From: Cystobasidiomycetes sp. EMM_F5
Lineage: Eukaryota
NCBI GenBank assembly: GCA_051047955.1
Contig: JBPGPT010000052.1
Span: 62,001-83,585, forward strand
Reading direction: 5' to 3'
DNA: 21,585 bases
Part shown: piece by piece, positions 1 to 14,825 of the stretch
How positions within the stretch are numbered: the first letter of the stretch is position 1
How the letters are laid out: each line of letters begins with the position of its first letter
The notes under the pieces: generated by a model
Database searches by the model: none
Told to the model about the DNA's origin: nothing
What the model saw: the letters and a program-made list of their open reading frames with translations, nothing else
Position numbers and translations under genes: made by a program

Positions 1-615
1 CGATTCCGTCGAAGGGCACTACTCTGCCACTTCCACAGGCAGCGGTGCGAGCAAGAGTACCCAAGCCACGTCAACGAGCGGACATACGTCGTCGTACCCC
101 GAGGACAACCAGGCTCACTCGACCAAGGGAGAGTCGCCCAGCGGCGCGTCGACGTTGGCATCCCCCGTCAAACCATCCTCGCTCTCAGATCAACCTCCTC
201 CTCAATCTGCAACCCCCCTACCCGAACCCGATATTCAGATTGCTGCACCGCAGGGCTTCCTGTACGAATGGTGGACCGTCTTTTGGGACGTCTTTCGAGC
301 TAGAGGCGACAAGGGGGGTTCACCAGCTGCAAAGGCGTTTGTTCAAGCTGGAGACGGGAGGGTGAGCAGCGTGATTGCAGTTTGCATTGACGTCGAGACA
401 AGCCAAGCTGACATTGCACTGAATATTGCACAGCTGCCCACCTACGAAGGTCACATACTGGATCCCCGAGTGTCAATGTCTGCTCACAACCCCGATCCGA
501 GAAGGCTGCAGGCAGAACGTAGCGGGTCTGGACAGCAGACTCCGCATCTACATCAACATGCTCACCACATACAGCTGCAGCAGCAGCAATTGCAGCAACA
601 TCAGCAAATGCTGAT

Positions 616-648
<33 letters not shown>

Positions 649-951
649 TCAACAGCACCAACAGCAACGGCACCAATTGCAGCAAAACAGCAGCACATCT
701 ACGTCAGTCGCTGCCGATTCTACCAATGCCATGGCTGGGCGGAGATTGGCTGCCGACAGCGGTATGCCACAAGCTGCTCAAATCCGTGGTTTGCCCCCTC
801 ATATGGCCGTTATGCCTAGTCATCACGGTGGACAGCAGGCAGGTCAACAAGCGCAGCAGCAGGTTGCATCCGTTGAGTCACCACCAAAGAGGAGAGCTAC
901 GCTAATGGACCCGCAGCAATCTCAGATGACGCCGGGCCAGCAGATGCAGAT

Positions 952-988
<37 letters not shown>

Positions 989-3365
989 GTGATGCAGAGG
1001 CAAGCGCAAGGGCAACAGCAGCAGGGTCAGGACGCAGCCATACCAGTTGCGACACCGGTCCTGGTGCCCGCTCGAGCCAAGTCAGCTCCCGGTGCGCAGA
1101 CACACAGCCTGCAACAAGCCGGCCCCCCCATAAGCCACCACAATGTGTATGACGGGTATCAGAATCAGCAACGCGAGCTTTCATTCGCGACAGGTAGTTC
1201 TGGTGCCATGCAGCATGCCATGTCGCCTTCCGTTCCTACGCCCATAAATGCAAATGCCGCGGCGGCTGGATTAGGCCCTGTGACTTCTGGTCAGCGCAGG
1301 TTTGCGGTTGTTACAGGCGTCCAAGGTCAGCCCTACGCCGTGCCGCCCGGATCAAACCAGGCAACCGATGTTGCGAATGCAGAGAGTCAAGCGATAAGAC
1401 AGCGATACCCTGCAGCAGCGCAATCGGTTAATCTGCAGCAGAATGTGCAGTACACCCCGTCCATGCAGGCGCAAGCTGCAAACCAGACGACTATGCGAGA
1501 TATGCAAGGGTCCGTAACATCAGGTCAACAAGCGCGCACGCCTCAGCAACATGGCCCGTCGTCTGGCAGCAACCCTGGTGCATCAGCCCAAAATTCGCAA
1601 CATCAGCAAGTCGTTTCCCGCACTACTCAGCAGAGGGTCCCTATAATGGGAATGACTCCAATAAACACTGCTAGACCACCAAGTGCGCTGAGCACGCCAA
1701 GGACTGATTCGACAACGGACAATCGCCCTCTCACTTCGAGCGTAGCTATTGGCACGAATAAGGCGTCATCGGGAGCCGCACCTGACACTTCTTCAGGATC
1801 GATGGTGGACCGCCCAGCTTCACGGTCCATGAGCGCAATGGATGCGCCTCCCTCGCCCGGTAGAAAGCTGGCGTCGTCTCCTGGTGCCGTGCAGCTGGCT
1901 CGGCAACAGTCAAACTCTGCTACAGGCTTTGGAAATGTTCAACAAGGTCCCAGTCCTCCGGCTGCTGGTGATGCCTCAAGTGCGTATCATGGTCGAAACA
2001 TGCCTCAAGGACAGCTAGCGTCGTCTCAGAGCGGGAGCGCGGTATCGGTTAATCCTGGACAAAGTATTGCGTACCCCACTCACACTAGCCTGCCGCACCA
2101 TCAACAGCCAGTGCACGTACAGTACACAAATGGCATGGCGACCGAGATGTATCGTGTGCCTTCGGTGCCCAACGCCGCGACGGGCCTTTCCCAGAAAACG
2201 ACGCCTCAAAGTCAGTATGCAGCTGCATTACGCCAAGTGCATGCGCAGCACAACCAGCAATACTCCCAGGGCCTGCAGCAAGCCTCGTCTCCCACAATCG
2301 GCGGAACACAGCAGGACTACTCCCATCTGTTCAACATTATTCAGGGCTCCTCAACAGCAGACGAAAATGGACCGACCCGCTCAACTCACGATGGTGGACT
2401 GACTGCAAGCTCACCAGCCCTCTCACAGATGGGTCCTTATGATGCAAATGACGCTCAAAGCCGAAATCAACTCCCTCACAGACCTGTCAGCAGACAGGAG
2501 GATGGTCCCATGCATCCGCCGCCCATGAGTAGCATGACCGGTCTGCGTCGTGCTGGCGTTACCAATGCTTCAGCCTCTCAGGCTGGGCAATCTGTCATAG
2601 TGCTGCCTGCTGCTAGTGCCACTACGCCTGCAAGTCGTTCCAACACGCCTATGGCTGGCGCTCCTTTGATGCAGGCTAGTCCAGACATGCAAGGCAGTCA
2701 GCCTGCAACACCACATACACCACGTACCCCTGGTAGTCAGATTTCGCTGGGTAGTTCTGCGACAGCTGTGTCGACCGGTACTGCCGCCGCACCGACGAGA
2801 GGCAGAAAGCGCACGGCAACCGATTCTGCTGGTAGCGGTGCTAAGAAGGTATGATATGCAACACTACGTACGTATAGTCTATCGTACTGATGTTCTCGTT
2901 CCGCCAAAGCGACGAGGCAAGAAGGATGTGCCTGCTACTACGCAGTCGGATGTTGCTGTACCTGTTCAGCCGACGACCCCTACGCAAAGCGCTTCGACAA
3001 CAATGGCAGCAGCTCCCGCGCAGAGACCGCAATCCGAGGGCGGTGGTACAATTACAACGGCGCCCTCGAGCGACAGCTTTCACGAAAAAGCCATGCCACA
3101 ATCCATGCCTGTGAACGGTTACGGCACCGCAATTCATGCTCAACAGGGTGAAAACACACTAGACTTAGTGGATAGTCAGGCCTACCCGGGCTTCGACATG
3201 CAGTACATGGGCATCATGGCGGGCTCAAATGATCCGGTACGTCTAGAGTGGTCTTGCACCATTTACTCTATAGGCTGACGACCCCTTTACGCACAGACAT
3301 TTATTACCAGTACCGAAGACTTTGACATCAACGACTTTATCATTGCCGACTGGGCTTCGCAATGA
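1..3365 (+). CDS. LUFS/LisH-family (Flo8/Som1/Mss11-like) glutamine-rich transcriptional regulator, 5'-truncated by the window edge
   Basis: The frame is open from position 2. It contains the LUFS motif APQGFLYEWWTVFWDVF, poly-Q tracts, a basic NLS-like segment RGRKR...AKK|RRGKK and an acidic/aromatic C-terminus EDFDINDFIIADW. Exons <1-361, 434-2848, 2910-3236, 3297-3365. Introns GTGAGC..CAG (72 nt), GTATGA..AAG (61 nt), GTACGT..CAG (60 nt), each with a CTGAY branch site. About 1056 aa lie in the window. The LisH helices are presumably upstream. Confidence 0.85.
617..646 (+). repeat. (CAG)9CAA microsatellite encoding poly-Q
   Basis: Nine uninterrupted CAG at 617-643 then CAA, inside a wider Q/H-rich block (~574-685). 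Confidence 0.95.
953..988 (+). repeat. (CAACAG)5 hexamer repeat encoding poly-Q (12 Q)
   Basis: Five perfect CAACAG units at 953-982 followed by CAGCAA. Confidence 0.95.
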
Positions 3366-3976
3366 TACGCACGACGCCGCACGCCCAACTATCTTCTAGA
3401 AATTGTCGTCGACGAGAAGCACAATACGTCGGTGCGTAAAGCAACGGAGCTGCTCACAATTGATCCCGGCGCGTAGGTACCTATTTGTACAAAATTCGAC
3501 TGGTTATAGCGTTCTATGCAGCGCTACGGTCACAGCTCAGTGTTTCTACGAGTGGAGTTTGAGCAGTATGATGAGGATGTTGCGGTACATAGTTTGACTC
3601 GATACAGCAGCTTGACAATTTAGGGCAAAACGTAGTGTAGTTAAAGGGAGCTTAGTATTGGATAACGCCGTTTCCAAGTCCAAGCAGAGTAGTTATTTGG
3701 TTAGAAGTACAAGTCACACCTTTTGTGCGGTCACCGAGGCGGTGAGTTCGTCCTCAGCACATCGAAAGTGCGATGAACGTCCTACGGTATGGTTGAGTAT
3801 ACAGGCTATGCTGTTGGGATTGCAGCTACTTCGACAGTATCGCTAGTCTTACACCCGCAACACTGCTACATTGAGGCGTCGGCTGACCAATCAGTCATCT
3901 GATTGAGACGAGCTGCTCATAGTGTTCTGTGACATTACTGTCAGCAAGGGCGCGCAGCAAAGGCTTCACGACAGGC

Positions 3977-4846
3977 TTACAGGTTGTACTCGTAGTCACT
4001 TTCTCCACTTTGAGCCATCCAGAGGATGATTGCACTGGAGAGCGAGTTGAGAGCAGGCCGATTGGAATGTCAAGACAGAGTCAGCTACTGCACCCTACGT
4101 AGCGGTAAGTTGATACTGTACCTGAGCATGGTCAATGCACTCTGCAAGACATTGGCCATACCCCACCACTTGACGAACTGCCACGTTTCGGAAAAGCCGG
4201 GTATGACATACTTGAGCAGAAGAATAGTGATGCTTCCAGCAAGTCCGCCTGCCATCAGAGCAAATCCAAGAAAGAGAAACAGTCTTGCCTTCCATGCAGC
4301 GCTGTCGTAGCTTGAGCTGGAGAACGCTCCGCCTTCGCCATCCCCGAGCAGACGTTGTTTGTCGATGAGGTTGACGACCATCATCCCTAGAGTGGAGAAT
4401 ATTGGCGCTAGCCAGTCGGGGAATCCGACATGCACTGGCACAGTATCAAACGGAGCGTCTGCCGGTGGTTGTGCTCTCGATGAGAGCAGGCAGGCGTCTA
4501 GAAAGCACCACCATCCGAGCGTAAACTGGGAAATTGTGCAATGTCAGACGAACGTGTGCAATTCCACCCAGCCATACATCGGGCGGTCCCGCAATGCTTG
4601 TCCACGGCACGACTTACGAGAGCTCCGGCGGTGTAAACGCCAATCTCTCGTTTCTTTGGGCCTGCGGAGTGCGTCGGATAGGCAAAGTCAGTTGTCCGGA
4701 AAGAGTGTACAAGGCCAAATCAGCAAATCAGTCATCCAGCGTCGTTGGAGTGATCATTGAATCAGGATATCCGGCGTACCCAGGATGTCTGGCACGGAAA
4801 TCAGGCAAACCCGGCGTGGATCATAGTTTGCACGCGGTATAGACAT
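3977..4846 (-). CDS. VPS68: Vacuolar protein sorting protein 68 (UPF0220/TMEM50 family), ~190 aa
   Basis: Exons 4846-4780, 4661-4618, 4525-4122, 4034-3977. Translation: MSIPRANYDPRRVC...GVYTAGAL|FTLGWWCFLDA...FPDWLAPIFSTLGMMVVNLIDK...AWKARLFLFLGFALMAGGLAGS...ILWMAQSGESDYEYNL*. Four hydrophobic segments and family-typical motifs. Confidence 0.92.
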
Positions 4847-5013
4847 TTCTTTATCAGATTTCAAGACTCGTTCAGTATCAACGGTTGGTTTGGATCAGAG
4901 ATGCGTTTGGTCTGATTCAAAGGGTCGATGGTTGAATGGCTTGGACTAACGACGACCGCGCTGGGTCTGCAAAGTCGGCAAGATTACAGAGTCTGACTGG
5001 CTGAATCGCAAGC
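4847..5013. promoter_or_regulatory. Probable bidirectional promoter region (VPS68 / CNB1)
   Basis: Only 167 bp separate the divergent ATGs at 4846 (-) and 5014 (+). No specific motif identified. Confidence 0.6.
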
Positions 5014-5942
5014 ATGGGACAGACTGGCTCGCTGTGCGTCTTTAAACGGCGCAAATCGGGTTCATTTATATTATCATTGATGGATTTATATCGCAGGCTG
5101 CTGCACGAGATGGAGCAATCCACAAACTGTGAGGGCTCAATTGCAACGGGATACTACATCCGAGAGCATCTCTGAACCGTCAAGAATTGCCGTTTCCGCG
5201 TCGCGTTTGCAGTCTCGGCAGCAGAGATCCAGCGACTGAAACGGAGATTCATGAAGCTCGACAAGGACGGCTCTGGCAGCATAGACAAGGACGAGTTCCT
5301 GCAGATACCACAGATTGCAAACAATCCCCTGGCGAGCAGAATGATTGCGATATTTGACGAAGAGTGCGTCGAGCTAGCCCTATGATATCACACGCTTCCC
5401 CTCAATCCACACGACTCGTCACGTTCCCACTCGCGCTGCATTCCCTGACACATATCCTTCTCCCATCTTCACAGCGGCGGCGGGACTGTCGACTTTCAGG
5501 AATTTGTAGCAGGTCTAAGCGCTTTCAGTAACCGAGGCGAACGGGATGAAAAGCTCAAGTGTGAGAGACATTTTGTCCCAGCGCACATGGCGTATCTGAT
5601 GCTTATAACGATCCCACAGTCGCCTTCAAGGTCTATGATATGGATCGCGATGGCTTCATCTCCAATGGCGAACTCTTCCTCGTCCTAAAAATGATGGTAG
5701 GGAATAACCTCAAGGATGGTCAGCTTCAGCAAATAGTCGACAAGACGATAATGGAAGCCGACCAAGACGGGGATGGCAAGATCAATTTCGAGGAGTTCAA
5801 GGCAATGGTTGCAAATACAGATATAGCCAAGCAGATGACATTGGACGGTAAGCTCTCTCCATTCGCAAAATGACTGCCAATGATCGCATCTGACTGTGTC
5901 ATGTGTACATACGCGCTTACGGTATGTACAGACTTGTTTTAA
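5014..5942 (+). CDS. CNB1: Calcineurin regulatory subunit B (four EF-hands), 175 aa
   Basis: Exons 5014-5033, 5097-5128, 5213-5363, 5475-5560, 5620-5847, 5932-5942. MGQTGS fits the myristoylation pattern MGxxxS. Translation includes [84 protein letters not shown] and [15 protein letters not shown], ending MTLDDLF*. Confidence 0.98.
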
Positions 5943-6285
5943 ACTATGTCTTGCAATGACACCACAGCAGTGTAGTCCCGATGACGACGGTTCTTTTGCA
6001 TGGCAGTTCATCAGCAACAATATTCGTTACACGATAGCCTCTCCATAAGTGCGAGGTGATCGTCCTTGTAACAGTGGGATCGTGTATAATACGGTAGCGA
6101 TCAATCCGAACTGCGACTTCTCTCTACTGTCTTCAAGCTTTGCGAGTGTGATAACGTCACGCCTTTTGATCGACAGCTGCGAGGTGTATGTCGCAGTCGT
6201 GCAGTGCTTCGAGACGTCCTGATGCGATTCGCGACGTAATTGTATGTGAGAGAGACAATTAACGTCTTCCTGCATGCAACTGTGT

Positions 6286-7148
6286 CTAGTCTGCGCGTAA
6301 TGTGCTGTTGTAGAGCCGCTGTACTGTGTCTTCAATGAGCCAGTCGAAGCCGCGGTGTATATTGTCTCCCGTATGCGCGCTGCAAGGCTGGATGTGCCAT
6401 TTATGTGAGGTCAGCTCTTCCAGACGTAGGATCTGATACATAATTAGACAGGGCTGCAAGGGTGCTGGACAGACTCGCTCGCTTACTCCGGCCAGGTCTT
6501 GTTCGGATGCTGCTCCAGGTATGTCTTGCTTGTTTGCAAACAGCAGCAAACTCGCTCCGCACAAGCGCTGAAGGTCCAATACGTATCAAGCTGTGGCAGC
6601 CCCTTGACATGGACAGCTATATAGCTCACCTCCTCCTGTAGAAGATTGAAGAGTTCCGTGCGGCAATCTCCAAACCGAAATCGGTCATTCGCGTCAATTA
6701 CCCAGATCAAGGCATCAGTTTCTTCAAAGTGATTCCGCCAAAACGGTCGCAGCGACTTTTGACCACCGATGTCCCCTTGTGGAGCGTAATACGTGCTGCT
6801 GTCAGTACCATAGATCGAAGCGTGAAACGTGTCGAAACAAACATATGTGTAGCCAGTAGGAATTGTAGAGTATTGTCTTTATGCTGAAACCCAACGTGGG
6901 CGCAACCTGAGTGATATCCGCGCCCATAGCACATCGAACAATAGTCGTCTTTCCTGCATTGTCTAAACCTCTGGTAACCACAATGGGTCGTCAGCGCCGA
7001 GAGGTAAAGGAAAAGTCAGCTCTGGTGTGTTCTCCACAGCGGCCACTGCGACCGGGACATCAGTAGGTACGGCAACGCACAGCATCAAGATACGTATGGA
7101 ACGTTCTTTCCGCTTGGCTTTCCGGATTATGCTCAATAGCCCAACCAT
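6286..7148 (-). CDS. ARL2: ADP-ribosylation factor-like GTPase 2 (Arl2/Cin4/Alp41), ~189 aa
   Basis: Exons 7148-7081, 6970-6843, 6775-6630, 6567-6487, 6432-6286. N-terminus [22 protein letters not shown]1 [16 protein letters not shown]3 [29 protein letters not shown]4 FANKQD, G5 CSAHTG. Confidence 0.93.
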
Positions 7149-7318
7149 AGCGTAGATTGGCGAGGAAAGGAAACGTTCAAGTTATGTCGGACTCCAACAA
7201 CCCATTTCAACACAAGCGCAAATGCAAGACTGAACTTGTATGCTACAGAATCATAACCTGTCTGACTATAGAATAAGCTATTCGAGGAACCACTACGCGT
7301 TGGCCGACGTGTACCGTT

Positions 7319-12673
<5,355 letters not shown>

Positions 12674-12973
12674 GGTGCAAAGGCAGTCTTGCCTCGAAAA
12701 GCAAGTCTTGCTCGCCGTCCGGTTGCAAGAGAAGCAAGCTGCGTCTGCAAATCTTTGTGGAAATTGTGCAAAGTCATCACATCGGCAGAGTCCTCGTGGT
12801 GGCCACATTTACGCCGAATAAAGTCCGCAATGGTCGCAGAGAACGATACAACGATGCGAGGTGAGTGTACGCATTCAGACAGTGACGATGAGACTGCTCG
12901 CGCTTCCGCCGAAGCGATAGCTGGCCTGCTCGATGAGACGGATATATCGGGCGGGGCACCGCAACCCGTATAG

Positions 12974-14218
12974 CTAGTCTGCTTGCACCAGCTCACAGCT
13001 GAGCGCCCACAGCTTCTCCTCTGCCTCTGGGTCGTAGGCGTGTGGTGCGTATCCCGCCTCGCCAGGGTGGCTGCCCTCGACAAACGGGGGCGACACCTGT
13101 TCATTTTCGAGATACTTTCCCCCCTTGTGCGCCCATTCGGACCCGATGGCAGCCCACACCGTAGTAGCACACCCCTGCGCTGGAGACTTCATAATCTTGC
13201 GCACAAAGTCGTCCTTTGTAAAGCTGTCCCGAGCAGCCTGCGACCAGTGCTTCTGCAGGTTGGTAGCAATGCCGCCCGGATGCAGAGAGTTGGCATGCAG
13301 GTTTTGCGAGCCATACAGACTGGATGCATCACGAATCAGCTGTAGGAGAGAGTATCGCACGTCGTGCGCTTCTCACCGCTCAATTTGATTCGCCATGTGA
13401 ATGTTTGCAGTCTTGGCTTGGGCGTATGCTCGTCCACCACTGTAAGACCCCTCTTTGCTGAATGTCACATCCTCAAAGACGACCCCTCCCCCGCGATGCC
13501 CGCTAGATGCAAGGCAGACAACGCGTGAAGGAAATTCCGGTGTGGCAGAAGCGAGCAGCGTGGGCTTGAGCAATTGGAAGAGGAGAAAGTGGGACAAGTG
13601 GCAAACCTGAAATTGCATCTCTTGACCATCTGTCGAGATCTCGCGAGTCGGATTGCTCATAATACCTGCACAGCGTGCAACAGTAAGAATGCCCTTCTCG
13701 TGACAGTAATACGTCGCTCGTTAAAATCGACGCACCCGCATTGTTGATGAGTATATTGAGCTTCTGACTCTGCTTCAAGAATGACGATGCGCATGCTCTC
13801 ACGCTTGCCTGGCTGGCAAGATCCATGTCCATTATGAAAATCTCCCCAGATCCCTTGCTAGTGCTGAGAATATCGCTCTTGACCTTCTCGCCTTTCTCCA
13901 CGTTGCGAACGGGCAGATAGAGCGTCGCACCGGTTGCATGCAGGGCTCTCGCGGTCTCTACACCTGTACGCACATCGTGTCAAGGTCATTGGAGGGGCTC
14001 GTTGTCCGCTTCCGTCGCAGGGTACGGCAGACACACTTACCGATACCAGCTGCAGCACCAGTGATCATGATGACCTTGTCGGTCAGTTTGCCCACCATGT
14101 TTTCGTCTTGCACGATCTGCAAAGCAGTCGGTCGCGCATCGTCGACGCCATTACGGTTGGCATGCGCTTCTGCGTATCTCTGAAACCGCAAAGACTGGTC
14201 TTGGGACGAGGAAGTCAT
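12974..14218 (-). CDS. Short-chain dehydrogenase/reductase (retinol dehydrogenase/WWOX-like classical SDR), ~346 aa
   Basis: Exons 14218-14041, 13963-13736, 13665-13377, 13319-12974. Motifs: DARPTALQIV, TGAAAGIG (cofactor binding), LINNAG, catalytic YAQAK, SLHPGGIAT, KSPAQGCATT. Confidence 0.95.
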
Positions 14219-14825
14219 TCTGCGGCAGATTCGCCTGCAAAGGGTGATTGAGTGTATCTGCAAGCGGAGGGTGCGGAGAAGCAGCGCCACTGTGGGTGAG
14301 TGATGGGAAGACGCAGGAAAAGAAAGAAGAGAAGAGCGAGATGGCAGTCGCGCTGTTGAAGAGTCAGTGTCAGCGCAGGCCGCAGGTCTTTCACCTTTGA
14401 TGATGTTAGTCCGTTTGGGTTAAAGCCCGCACCGATGTGGAGCAAAGAATCGGCGATACCCGCTTCCCGACGCGTCCCCGAACTGCGAATCTCATGACGG
14501 CAACGCGAGTGACAGGTGCCCAGACGTTTAGCAGACTTGCTGTCACACGATGGCCAGCTGCAGTCTTTAATGCCTCATGTCCGCCTGCACTCAATCACGT
14601 TCTGCGCAGAACCGTATTGTATGCCGCAAAAAACCCTCATATTACAAGCAACAAGTAGAGAAAAGCAGCGCATGAGGATGTTACAACAGTCAACATCGGG
14701 TAGACGTCCAAAAATGACAAGAGACTCGGAATCGCAGGATGCAGCGGAGAGATTGAGGTATCCAGTCGCAACGCTACGCGCGTCGCGGTCGCTCCCACAG
14801 CGGCTAACCAAATGCCCTTTCCTCG

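Noticed and set aside
3366..3976. ~610-bp gap between convergent genes containing short ORFs
   Set aside because: Consistent with two 3' UTRs; no tRNA, ncRNA or coding signature recognised.
4662..4779. Longer VPS68 intron with several CTGA motifs and a TGATCA, a possible C/D snoRNA
   Set aside because: No proper RUGAUGA box C with a terminal stem, and no guide sequence I could recognise.
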